Positions 54,641-63,862 of a DNA stretch of 64,000 bases are shown here, one piece after another. A program made the position numbers and the translations under genes. This DNA is from Bacilli bacterium (GTDB lineage Bacteria > Bacillota_I > Bacilli_A > RF39 > UBA660). The stretch lies in contig JAFUBW010000014.1 of assembly GCA_017459965.1 (NCBI GenBank), forward strand, positions 75,984-139,983. Reading direction: 5' to 3'. Under the pieces are notes generated by a model. That model saw nothing but the letters and a program-made list of their open reading frames with translations. It was not told the origin of the DNA and searched no databases. Positions within the stretch are counted from its first letter, which is position 1. Every line of letters begins with the position of its first letter.

Positions 54641-55880
54641 TTATATTAAAAAAACACTTTCTAATGGTGTTAAACTTTATTTATACCTTGATAAGAATAT
54701 GAAACAATGCTATGTAGATTACATGGTTAATTATGGTTCAATGGGTAAATGGTATGACTTTTACCTGGATGATAAACATTATCATGTACTTCCTGGATGT
54801 GCTCACTTTTTAGAACATATGCTAGGAGAACATTCTAAATATGGTGACTTTTATAAATATATGGCTTCTAAAAAATATTATAAAAATGGTGGTACATCTG
54901 ATATAATGACACACTATTTCTTTAGAGGTACTGAGGATATACTTGAATCAATAGAAAAAATAATAAATGTAATAGATGATCCAGTATTTACAAAAGAAGA
55001 TGTAGAAGAAACTAAATATGCAATTGCGGAAGAAACAAAAAGAACTAGAAATAATAAATTTAGTTTATTATCATGTTTACTTCAAAGAAATTTATTTAAA
55101 GATTTAAATTTATATGATGAAACTATTTCTTTAATAGGTAATGAAGAGACTACATATAAAATAGATTATGATATGTTAAAAGCATGTTATGATGCATTTT
55201 ATTATGATGAAAACAAAACATTATTAATCGCAGGTAACTTTGATGAAAAAGAAATAACAAATTATGTAGAAAATATTTATAGTAAATTAAAACCACATAA
55301 AAAAAGAGTAAAAGAATATAAATATGATAATTTAGATAAGGTAAAAAAAGAATACGATAATTATAATTTTAGTACAAATGATGATGAAGTAGGTATTATA
55401 TTTAAAGAGTATAATAAAAAATATTCAAAAAAAGAAGTATATTATTATTTATATTTTATTAGTGATGTTATATTTTCTGATGAATCAAAATTTGTTCAAA
55501 GATTAAAGAAGGAAAATATACTTACTGAAATGGATTGGTTTAAAGAACAATTTATATATGATGATTTATATTTCTTCTTTATAATAGCAAGTGTTAAAGA
55601 TAGTGAAAAATTCAAAGATGAATTATTAAGAGAATTAAAAAATATAAAATTTAAAGAGAAAGATTTCGAATTATATATAAAAGATTATATATCAAATCAT
55701 GCTTTAAAAGTTGATTATAAATATGATCAATTTCAGTCTTTTGCTTTTAGAAAAAGATTTTCAGATGATTTTGATGATATAGATTTTTTAAAAACACTAA
55801 CATTTGATAAATTTTTAGAGTTTTATAAAACACTTGATTTTGATAATTATGTAGTTGGTGTTATAAGTGATAAAAAATAG
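54630..55880 (+). CDS. M16-family zinc metallopeptidase (HxxEH)
   Basis: GCAHFLEHMLGE inverted zinc-binding motif near the N-terminus. About 416 aa. Overlaps the upstream gene by 11 nt. Confidence 0.7.
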   Translation: MRNNYIKKTLSNGVKLYLYLDKNMKQCYVDYMVNYGSMGKWYDFYLDDKHYHVLPGCAHFLEHMLGEHSKYGDFYKYMASKKYYKNGGTSDIMTHYFFRGTEDILESIEKIINVIDDPVFTKEDVEETKYAIAEETKRTRNNKFSLLSCLLQRNLFKDLNLYDETISLIGNEETTYKIDYDMLKACYDAFYYDENKTLLIAGNFDEKEITNYVENIYSKLKPHKKRVKEYKYDNLDKVKKEYDNYNFSTNDDEVGIIFKEYNKKYSKKEVYYYLYFISDVIFSDESKFVQRLKKENILTEMDWFKEQFIYDDLYFFFIIASVKDSEKFKDELLRELKNIKFKEKDFELYIKDYISNHALKVDYKYDQFQSFAFRKRFSDDFDDIDFLKTLTFDKFLEFYKTLDFDNYVVGVISDKK

Positions 55881-55893
55881 GAAGGTATAAAAA

Positions 55894-56439
55894 ATGAAAG
55901 AATTAGGAACAAAAACACTTGAAACAAATAGATTAGTTTTAAGAAAATTTAAACTAGATGATGTAGAAAGTTATCATAATAATTGGAGTATTGATGAATT
56001 AACTCATCAATATGATTGGTATTTTAATTTAAAAACAATAGATGATACAAAAAAATATATTGAAAATACTATCGATAGATATAAATACGATAACTATTAT
56101 AACTGGGTTATTGTATTAAAAGATACAAATGAAGTAATAGGTCATATTGGAGTTAATAAAATAATGAAAGTACATGGATATATAGAAATAGGTTATAGTT
56201 TATCAAGTAAATATTTTAAACAAGGAATAATGACTGAAGCTTTAAAAGAAATTATTAATTTTTTTATAAATGAAGTTGGTGTAAGAGTTATCGAAGGAAC
56301 TTGTATAAGTGAGAATGAAGCAAGTATTAATCTTATGAAAAAAGTAGGTATGAATTTAGATGCAGTACTTCCTAAAAGAAGAGTAAGCCATAAAACAGGT
56401 AATATATGTGATGAATATATATTTTCGATAATAAAATAA
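55894..56439 (+). CDS. GNAT N-acetyltransferase (RimJ/RimL-like)
   Basis: TNRLVLRKF..DD N-terminus typical of the RimJ/L type. IGYSLSSKYFKQGIMTEALKEIINF. Confidence 0.7.
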   Translation: MKELGTKTLETNRLVLRKFKLDDVESYHNNWSIDELTHQYDWYFNLKTIDDTKKYIENTIDRYKYDNYYNWVIVLKDTNEVIGHIGVNKIMKVHGYIEIGYSLSSKYFKQGIMTEALKEIINFFINEVGVRVIEGTCISENEASINLMKKVGMNLDAVLPKRRVSHKTGNICDEYIFSIIK

Positions 56440-56471
56440 ATATGATATAATATACAAAAGGAGATGAAATT

Positions 56472-57041
56472 ATGAATAAAAATATTTTAGATTTTTACTT
56501 TAAAGCAATTAATTTAAAAAATGTTGATAGAACAGGTTGGAAAGAAGTAGGAGTTAAAACGATAGAATCAGTAATGGATCATATTGGTGGTACAGTACTT
56601 CTTGCAAGTGCTATTGCATCTGAAAAAGGTTTAAATCTTGATATGAAAAAAGTATATGAAATGATTGCTATTAAAGAACTTAAAAAAATAGAAAAAGAAG
56701 AATCAGTTATTAATGGTGGAGAATATAGTGATAATGTTAAAACTATGTTACCTAATTCTACTTTAGTAAGTGTATATGATGAATATGTAAATGGTGAAAC
56801 AGAAGAAGCTAAATTTGCTTTAATGGTTTCAAAATTAGAATCAGATATTCAAGCTAAAAAATATGAATTAGATGGTGAATTCACATTAGAAAATGCTAAG
56901 AAAGATATAGAAAACTATCCTGAAGATATAAAATCACAATTAACTGATATAAATAAAGCATCTGATGGATGGCTTACTTATGATAGCAAATATTATAATG
57001 ATGAATTTAAAGAATTATCAGATGAAATAAGAAAAATGTAA
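56472..57041 (+). CDS. YfbR-like HD-superfamily protein, catalytic HD dyad not evident
   Basis: VDRTGWKEVGVKTIESVMDHIGG resembles the N-terminal block of 5'-deoxynucleotidase-type HD proteins. I cannot find the downstream HD dyad. Confidence 0.45.
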   Translation: MNKNILDFYFKAINLKNVDRTGWKEVGVKTIESVMDHIGGTVLLASAIASEKGLNLDMKKVYEMIAIKELKKIEKEESVINGGEYSDNVKTMLPNSTLVSVYDEYVNGETEEAKFALMVSKLESDIQAKKYELDGEFTLENAKKDIENYPEDIKSQLTDINKASDGWLTYDSKYYNDEFKELSDEIRKM

Positions 57042-57069
57042 AAGGTAATATTTATTATTACCTTTTTTT
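57041..57069 (+). terminator. Rho-independent terminator
   Basis: AAAGGTAATA-tttat-TATTACCTTT followed by a T-run. Confidence 0.75.
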
Positions 57070-57116
57070 ATTTTAGTTTATGTGATAAAATAATTATAAG
57101 AATAGTAGGTGTAGTT

Positions 57117-59237
57117 ATGAGTATGGAAGAAAAAAATAAATGGCTTATTAATTATGTAAATTTACTTTCAAAGCAAATAAATGAACAATATGGAAATATT
57201 GTTCACAAAGAACATATTGATAGGGTTATTTCTATGTATAAAGATTCTGATAAAAAAATAGAAACTATTAAAGATGAAATAGATAAAATAGCTAAAGAAT
57301 TTATTGAAAATTATCTTAAAAGAATGCAAGAGATAAGAGAAGAAATGTTAAGAAAAAAACAGGAAGAACAAGAAAAAATGTTAGAACAATTAAGAAAATT
57401 AAATTCAAGTGTTCAAATAGATATTCAAAACGAAATAAAAAATGAACAAATAGAAAGTAAAATTATTTCTTCTATACCTAAAGAACAATTAAAACTTCCT
57501 GAAAATATTACATTAGATGAAAATAATAGAATAATTAATAATAATAATCTTGGAAATAATCAAAATGAAAATGATTTAGATAGTACATTTATAATGACAT
57601 ATCCAAATATGATAAATGATAATTCTAAAGATGAATTAATTAATTATTATGTAAAAAAATATAATGAAATAAAAAATCAAAATATAACAAAAGAACAATT
57701 TTTTAATTGGATAAATCAAAAACAACCTAATTTAACAGAAAACGAAAGATTAGCATTTATTTATAGAGAATTTAAAAATAATTTGACAAGTGATGAAAAA
57801 GATAAAATATTTGATTATTTTAAAAAGATAGAAAGTAGTATAAAGACAGAAGATGATTTAACTTCATTTGTTCAAAATGCAAAATTAAAATCAGATTTAT
57901 CTATAAATCCAGAACAAGAAATAAATAAAATTGGTAAATTAATTACAATACCCGCTAATCCAGAACAAGGATTTAATTATCCGTTTATGATATATATTCC
58001 AAATAATCTTGATAAAAATCAAGTAAATAACTTATTACTTCATAGTTGTAATACACCAGAAGGTATGCTTGATTATTCCAAAGTTGAAGAATTTACTAAA
58101 ATTGAACAATTAAAAAGCGATAGTTTGCATTTAGAAATGGCAAATAAAGGAAGTGTTCCTTTAATTATGCCAATAATACCTAGATTTAGAGGTTATAATC
58201 CAGAATACATTGAAAATGGTATGCAAAGATCAAATTTAGAAACATTTATTGATATGCAAAGTAAATTAGATCCTAAATATCAAATGACAAGAGAACAAAT
58301 AGAATATGAATTTAATAAATCTCAAAATATTATAGAGCAACAAATGAAAATGAGTGATTATGCAATATCTTATTTAAAGAATAATGGTATTAATATGGAT
58401 AATAAGATAATAGTAGAAGGTCACTCAGCAGGTAGTAAAAATGCAGCTAGTTTAATAAATCAGTATCCTGATAGGATTGCAAGTTATGTAATTGGTGGAA
58501 CAACAGGTATTTCAAAAGTTAATGATAACTCAATACCTGGTATAATATATAATGGTGTTTTAGATAAAAATAATCCAGCTGAATTTTATTATGATGAAAA
58601 AGGTATTTCAAGAGCAAAATCTAAAGAAGAATATTCAGATAAATATATACAAAATGTTGTAGAACCTAGATATAAAAAATCATTGGAAGAATGGAAAAAT
58701 GAAAATACAAATAAAGATGTAAAAGAGTTTAATGTAGTTCAATATGATATACAAAAACAACATAAACTTGTAGGTGATAAAAGTTTATTAGTCGATAGAT
58801 ATGGACATAATGCTATAGATTCACCAATAGTTAAACAAAAAGCAGTAGATGTAGTAAAAAATACTAAAATTAAAAGTAATGATAAACAAGAAAAAAGCAC
58901 TCAGCAAGAAACAAAAAAAGAATCCAAACCAATTCCTAAACAACCAAGTATTACTCCAAAAAGACAAGAAGAAAAACAAATAAAAAAATCAGAACCAATT
59001 AAAATGAATAAATTTGAGAAAAAAGCATATCCGCCATTAAAACAAAAACAAGAAATAAAAAAGCAAGCAAAACAACAAGTTAATAATAAATCTAATGTTA
59101 AAACTTTAAAAAATAATAATAAATCTGGTAAGAGTGGTAATACCTCTTCAAGTGGATCAAAAGGTTTTATAAATATAATATTAGGCTCATTGTTAGTAAT
59201 AATATTATGTTTAATACTATTTATAATTCTAAATTAA
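57117..59237 (+). CDS. Large tail-anchored protein with central alpha/beta-hydrolase domain (GHSAG)
   Basis: No signal peptide. Coiled-coil N-terminus. FMIYIP, PLIMPIIPR, VEGHSAGSK, IGGTTG. K/Q-rich linker and a single C-terminal TM (INIILGSLLVIILCLILFIIL). Confidence 0.65.
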   Translation: MSMEEKNKWLINYVNLLSKQINEQYGNIVHKEHIDRVISMYKDSDKKIETIKDEIDKIAKEFIENYLKRMQEIREEMLRKKQEEQEKMLEQLRKLNSSVQIDIQNEIKNEQIESKIISSIPKEQLKLPENITLDENNRIINNNNLGNNQNENDLDSTFIMTYPNMINDNSKDELINYYVKKYNEIKNQNITKEQFFNWINQKQPNLTENERLAFIYREFKNNLTSDEKDKIFDYFKKIESSIKTEDDLTSFVQNAKLKSDLSINPEQEINKIGKLITIPANPEQGFNYPFMIYIPNNLDKNQVNNLLLHSCNTPEGMLDYSKVEEFTKIEQLKSDSLHLEMANKGSVPLIMPIIPRFRGYNPEYIENGMQRSNLETFIDMQSKLDPKYQMTREQIEYEFNKSQNIIEQQMKMSDYAISYLKNNGINMDNKIIVEGHSAGSKNAASLINQYPDRIASYVIGGTTGISKVNDNSIPGIIYNGVLDKNNPAEFYYDEKGISRAKSKEEYSDKYIQNVVEPRYKKSLEEWKNENTNKDVKEFNVVQYDIQKQHKLVGDKSLLVDRYGHNAIDSPIVKQKAVDVVKNTKIKSNDKQEKSTQQETKKESKPIPKQPSITPKRQEEKQIKKSEPIKMNKFEKKAYPPLKQKQEIKKQAKQQVNNKSNVKTLKNNNKSGKSGNTSSSGSKGFINIILGSLLVIILCLILFIILN

Positions 59238-59253
59238 GAAAGTAAGTGATAAA

Positions 59254-61602
59254 ATGAATGATACAATTTTTAATTTAAAATTAAATACTAATAATAAAGG
59301 ATTATATTTGTCTCATCAAATGATTGATGTATTGTTATTAGTAAACTGCAAAAATTTTGAAGAATTAAGGTCATTTGTAAAAAATAATGTTCAATTAATT
59401 AATATCAATAATGAGGAAATTGATAATTATGAAAAAGAATTTTATAATAATCAAAAAAATTTGGAAGAAATAAAGATGGAAATATTTAAAAAATATCAGG
59501 ATTCCTATACTCATTATTTAATTATTAATGAGATAAAAGAAAGAAATCTAAATGAAGAAAGATTGCATTTAAAATTAAAACCACTTAATTTATCTTTAAA
59601 TGTTGAGAAAGAAATAATTGATGAATTTATGCTAAATGGTAAAGAAAGTGCATTTAAAAAATTAGAAGAAAAAATAGGAATTAATAAAACGCAAAAAATA
59701 TATTCTTATTTTACTGAAGATTATGAAAATATTAAATCTGCTACTTACGAACAAATAGTAGAATTTGATAAACAAATTAAAGAGAATAGTGTTTCATCAA
59801 CAAATCAGAAATATACTATAGTTGCTGGGGGTAGTTTTTTTAATTCAATAGGATATAAAAATGAATTTAACAAATATTATATTGACCAAGCCATTAACTA
59901 TGCTAGAATAACCAATTCAAATATGAGATTTCATTGTATTTTTGATTGTAATACAGCAAAGCAACTTTCAGAAAATGGATATACAAAAGATAATAAAGAA
60001 GAAATACTTAGTTTGATGGAATATTTTACAAGGAATTCATTAGAATATGCTTTAAAAAATACTGATGTAATAAATGTAATAGAATTATTCAATGAATTAG
60101 TAGAATATACTGATGTAAAAGACAGTAATAATTACAAAGAAGTATGGGAAAAATATTTTGATATAAGTATTAATGAAATAATTGATAAATGCATTAATCC
60201 TAATATAGAAATAATTAATAAATTAAAATCAAAAGGTGTTGAATTTATGTATAATGAAACATTACTTCAACAATCTGAAAAAAGAAGAGAAAAAGTAAAA
60301 GAAGTTTTAGATAAATTACCAAATGGATTAATTGATATATTTGGCGACCAAATGCATTTTACAAATGGAGATCTTAGTGATAATAATAAAATTCAACTTG
60401 AAAAAGAATTTGAACTGTTAAAAGGGATTCAAGAAAATGGTTTAAAAATAGAATGTACTGAATTTGATTTTGGTTTTTATAAAGGAACAATAGACAAAAT
60501 TAATGAATTAATAAAAAATGGAACATATAAAGTAGACGATATATTAAAAGAAAAGCAAAGATTAATTAATGAAATTAGTGAAATAGCAAATAAATATAAT
60601 ATCAATTTTAATCGAATGTGTGATTGGACAACATTAGATAATTTAGATTGTGTGATTGTTAGAGAAAATAGAAAAATAAAAAATAATAAACCTTTTGAAG
60701 AATATTATTCAAATATGTTTGGTGGAAAATATCAAAAAATTAGTGATATGAAAAAGGATTTAGAACAACAAAAACAAGAATATGAACAAGAAAGAAAAAG
60801 TAAATTATCAAAAGGTTTAATAGATATATTTTTATCTTCAGATGCATCTTATACTAAAAATTTTGATAAGAGTAATATTCCTAAAATAAAAAAAATAGAT
60901 AATAATTATTACAAAGTAATTGAAAAAGATAAATCATCAGTTGGTAAAAGCGGTATTACTTTTTTAGAACCATTAATAATAGAATATTCAAGAAGGTGCG
61001 GTCTACCATCACCAAAGGTTGTTGGGATTGAGGAAAATAAAGATATATCATTATTTGTGACGGAAGCAATTGATGGTATAAGTGCTTATGATTATCTTAG
61101 AGAGAATCCACAATCAAAAGAAAAAATCGATTCAATGTGTGAAAAATTACGACTTGATTATGAGAAGTATGGAATAAAAAGACAAATGGATTTAAAAGAT
61201 ATGATGATTCAATTAAATAATAATGAAGTCGTTAATATTATTCCTTTAGATTTTGAAAGGGTAAAAAATAATGATAATATTAACTGGGATTTATTAAAAC
61301 AAACGGCTAAAGATATGAAAATTGATATAACTGATTATATAAATAGAATAAATCAGCAAAAACCATCCATAACACAAGAAAGACAAGAAGAAAAGAAAGA
61401 ACATAAAAAAGAAACTACAAAAATGAAAATATCAGAAAAGAAAATGTATGATGTAATAAAAAAGAAAAAAGAACTAATGAAATTAAAAAAACAAAAAAAT
61501 ACTAATGTCAAAACACTATCTAATAATGGTTTTTTAGATATTATTTTAGGCTCAATAATAACTATTATCATAGGATTAATGATTTTTATGCTAATTAAAT
61601 AA
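59254..61602 (+). CDS. Large tail-anchored protein with GH10-like domain and a kinase-like (RIO/Kdo-kinase-type) region
   Basis: GH10-like series RFHCIF, LFNEL, FMYNE, IDIFGDQMHF, IECTEFDF. Then LFVTEAIDGISAYDYL...DLKDMMI...IIPLDFE. C-terminal TM LDIILGSIITIIIGLMIFMLI. Confidence 0.55.
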   Translation: MNDTIFNLKLNTNNKGLYLSHQMIDVLLLVNCKNFEELRSFVKNNVQLININNEEIDNYEKEFYNNQKNLEEIKMEIFKKYQDSYTHYLIINEIKERNLNEERLHLKLKPLNLSLNVEKEIIDEFMLNGKESAFKKLEEKIGINKTQKIYSYFTEDYENIKSATYEQIVEFDKQIKENSVSSTNQKYTIVAGGSFFNSIGYKNEFNKYYIDQAINYARITNSNMRFHCIFDCNTAKQLSENGYTKDNKEEILSLMEYFTRNSLEYALKNTDVINVIELFNELVEYTDVKDSNNYKEVWEKYFDISINEIIDKCINPNIEIINKLKSKGVEFMYNETLLQQSEKRREKVKEVLDKLPNGLIDIFGDQMHFTNGDLSDNNKIQLEKEFELLKGIQENGLKIECTEFDFGFYKGTIDKINELIKNGTYKVDDILKEKQRLINEISEIANKYNINFNRMCDWTTLDNLDCVIVRENRKIKNNKPFEEYYSNMFGGKYQKISDMKKDLEQQKQEYEQERKSKLSKGLIDIFLSSDASYTKNFDKSNIPKIKKIDNNYYKVIEKDKSSVGKSGITFLEPLIIEYSRRCGLPSPKVVGIEENKDISLFVTEAIDGISAYDYLRENPQSKEKIDSMCEKLRLDYEKYGIKRQMDLKDMMIQLNNNEVVNIIPLDFERVKNNDNINWDLLKQTAKDMKIDITDYINRINQQKPSITQERQEEKKEHKKETTKMKISEKKMYDVIKKKKELMKLKKQKNTNVKTLSNNGFLDIILGSIITIIIGLMIFMLIK

Positions 61603-61617
61603 AAAGAGGGTTATAAT

Positions 61618-62172
61618 ATGAATATAAATGAATTAATAAATATATACGAAAAAAGTGTTCTAGATGAAGAAACAAAAAATAAAAGAATATTAATATTAAA
61701 TACTGAAATTAAAAGACAAGAATATGAAAAGAATATCAGTAATCTTATTAATCAATTTATATTAGAATTTAATTCTTCTGGATTGGATTATGAATTAGAA
61801 TTAAATTTAAAACACATGTTAATTCTATTAAAGGGAGATATTTTAGAATCAGATTTTTGTAAAAAATTAGAATCACAAAATATTGAATTCACAATTGAAG
61901 AATTAGAAAAGTATATATATCAGGAAGAAATAAAAGGTGAAAATTTAGATGATATTAAATTAAATATAAAATTATATAAAATGTTAGATAATATAAATGA
62001 AGAATATAAAGATTTAAAAAGTATATTAGAAAATACAATTAATATTGTACTAGATAATAATATTAATAATCTTAATAATTATTTACAAAAAAATATATTA
62101 GATGAAATGACTTATAATTGTGTTAATAATTTTCTTACATTAATAGATAAGAATGTAATATTAGTAAATTAA
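61618..62172 (+). CDS. Hypothetical protein (184 aa)
   Basis: SD AGAGGG. N/I/E-rich. No motif recognised. Confidence 0.5.
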   Translation: MNINELINIYEKSVLDEETKNKRILILNTEIKRQEYEKNISNLINQFILEFNSSGLDYELELNLKHMLILLKGDILESDFCKKLESQNIEFTIEELEKYIYQEEIKGENLDDIKLNIKLYKMLDNINEEYKDLKSILENTINIVLDNNINNLNNYLQKNILDEMTYNCVNNFLTLIDKNVILVN

Positions 62173-62392
62173 AAAAAAGAATATATTTACGACATATTTC
62201 GACAAAATATATTTTTTTTTTGTGTTATTCTACAATACCAAGAAAGGGGAAAATATATTGTTAAAAGAAATAGAAGATTTAATTAAGTTATGGGGGAACG
62301 ATATTAGAACTATTAACATTAATAATTATAACAGTTTTCTAGAAGTATTAATAAATGGGCATAAATTAATGATTATAAAAAAATAAAACCCC

Positions 62393-62420
62393 AAGTGATA
62401 TTTATTATATCACTTTTTTT
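62393..62420 (+). terminator. Rho-independent terminator-like hairpin
   Basis: AAGTGATAT-ttatt-ATATCACTT followed by T5. Confidence 0.55.
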
Positions 62421-62938
62421 AATGTAATTGTTGATTGTGCTAAAAATAGTATTTTTTTCCAGTTTTTTGATTAAAATAGTAATTTTTTTACTAAAATCTT
62501 TCAAAAAAGTGATACAAAACGATACACTTAACCGTTTTTTCTTTATTTTTAAATAAAAATAAATATAATAACAAAACAAAAAAGGCAATTACGAAGATCT
62601 ATGCATATCAAGAAACTGTAGATAGAATAAAAAGGGGACAACTATTGCAACTTGATATTATAGACAAAATGTGAAAAAAGAAAATTAGTAGTTGTTTCTT
62701 TTTATGCATAATGGCATAGACTTTGTAATAACAGCAGTAAGTAATTGCTTAACTGGAGTTACTTATGCGCTTTAAAACAAATCTGAAATATGACATTAAA
62801 ATAAATGTAAAAATATTTTTACTCAAATTATTATCTTGTAGATGTTTGACTAGGCTTTGCACCCTTAAAAAGGGTTCAAGGTCTAGTCTTTTTTTTGTTT
62901 TTAAAACATTTATTTTACATTTAAGAGGTCCACCATCT

Positions 62939-62965
62939 CTTTCAATTTGAAATGTAAATTGAAAG
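62939..62965 (+). promoter_or_regulatory. Perfect 10-bp inverted repeat abutting the RBS of the sigma-like gene
   Basis: CTTTCAATTT-gaaatgt-AAATTGAAAG. The right arm runs into GAAAGGAG, the SD for GTG 62978. Confidence 0.5.
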
Positions 62966-62977
62966 GAGAAAATAAAA

Positions 62978-63448
62978 GTGGACAAGCTTCCAAAAAGAAG
63001 AAAATTAAATGATAATCCATATACACTATTAATTGAAGATAATAAATATTACATTATATTTAAGGATAATAAAAATGTATTACATAAAGAAAATGTAAAT
63101 AAAGAAGTATTTGATGTTTTTGATGAAAGTGAGAAAAAAGATAATTCATTTTTAAAAGAATTTAGTATACATATAGAGCATTCACAATTATCAGATATTA
63201 ATCTATATAAAAGAATGAAAAATAAAGTAGATAGTATTGAGGAACAAATACTAAATAATTCATTTAAGAAAGAACTAAAAGATATTATTAATCAATTACC
63301 TGAAATACAAAAAAGAAGATTAATTAAATACTTTTTTGATAATAAAACATATGAACAAATTGCAAAAGAAGAAAAGTGTTCTAAAGTAGCAATTAAATAT
63401 AGCATTGATAGTGCAATTAAAAATTTTTCAAAAAAATTTAACATTTAG
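62978..63448 (+). CDS. Sigma-70 region-4-like HTH regulator (ICE regulatory protein type)
   Basis: C-terminal LPEIQKRRLIKYFFDNKTYEQIAKEEKCSKVAIKYSIDSAIKNF is a region-4-type HTH. GTG start after GAAAGGAG. Confidence 0.6.
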   Translation: MDKLPKRRKLNDNPYTLLIEDNKYYIIFKDNKNVLHKENVNKEVFDVFDESEKKDNSFLKEFSIHIEHSQLSDINLYKRMKNKVDSIEEQILNNSFKKELKDIINQLPEIQKRRLIKYFFDNKTYEQIAKEEKCSKVAIKYSIDSAIKNFSKKFNI

Positions 63449-63624
63449 ACTTAACTTTTTGCCAATTTCGGTACAAACAGTTGAGAGGGAATAAATTTCT
63501 TTCTTGACTGTTTTATTTTTAAAACAGTGTGTTCTTTGAAAACTGAATACACATTCATCAAATACATTCCTATTAGATGGAGCACATTTACAAGTACGCT
63601 TGACGAATAATGCTTGGTAATAAA

Positions 63625-63862
63625 ATTAGGTAGCACCTAATATGCGAAGATGTCTAATAGAATTAAAGATACTTCTGCCTAGCCACAGATTCAAGCAATG
63701 GGGGCAGTTCTGTGAGAACCACAGAAAGGTGAAATTCCTATGGTAATTATTTAGCAAATAATTCGTTTGATGACTTCCCGAAAGACTGAGGGGTTCAAGG
63801 AAAAATATCAGTTTATATTAATAGAAATAACAGAGACATTTTTAAGATGTCTCTGTTTTATT
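63625..63862 (+). ncRNA. Candidate structured leader RNA / riboswitch-like element with intrinsic terminator
   Basis: Locally GC-enriched. Hairpin ATTAGGT-agc-ACCTAAT. Alternative CACAG/CTGTG/CACAG pairings. CTGCC...GGCAG. Terminator AACAGAGACAT-ttttaag-ATGTCTCTGTT (63829-63857). AAGATGTCT occurs at both 63647-63655 and 63844-63852. Confidence 0.4.

Noticed and set aside
56472-57041. Considered calling this an active 5'-deoxynucleotidase.
   Set aside because: Only the N-terminal block resembles YfbR-type HD proteins, and I cannot see the HD dyad. I kept it as HD-like with uncertain activity.
62373-62985. Track ORFs 62373-62588 (-), 62749-62985 (-) and 62765-62950 (+).
   Set aside because: They are low-complexity F/I/K-rich products, overlap one another on opposite strands, and have no SD in a genome where real genes have strong SDs. 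They are probably non-coding.
63690-63800. Resemblance to FMN (RFN) or cobalamin riboswitch fragments: GGGGCAG, GGTGAAATTCC, GAAAGACTGAGGGG..AAGG.
   Set aside because: The pieces are in the wrong spacing and order. The hallmark RFN central stems and the cobalamin B12 box with its CCCGC-ACTG core are absent. The total length is too short. I treat it as an unassigned structure.
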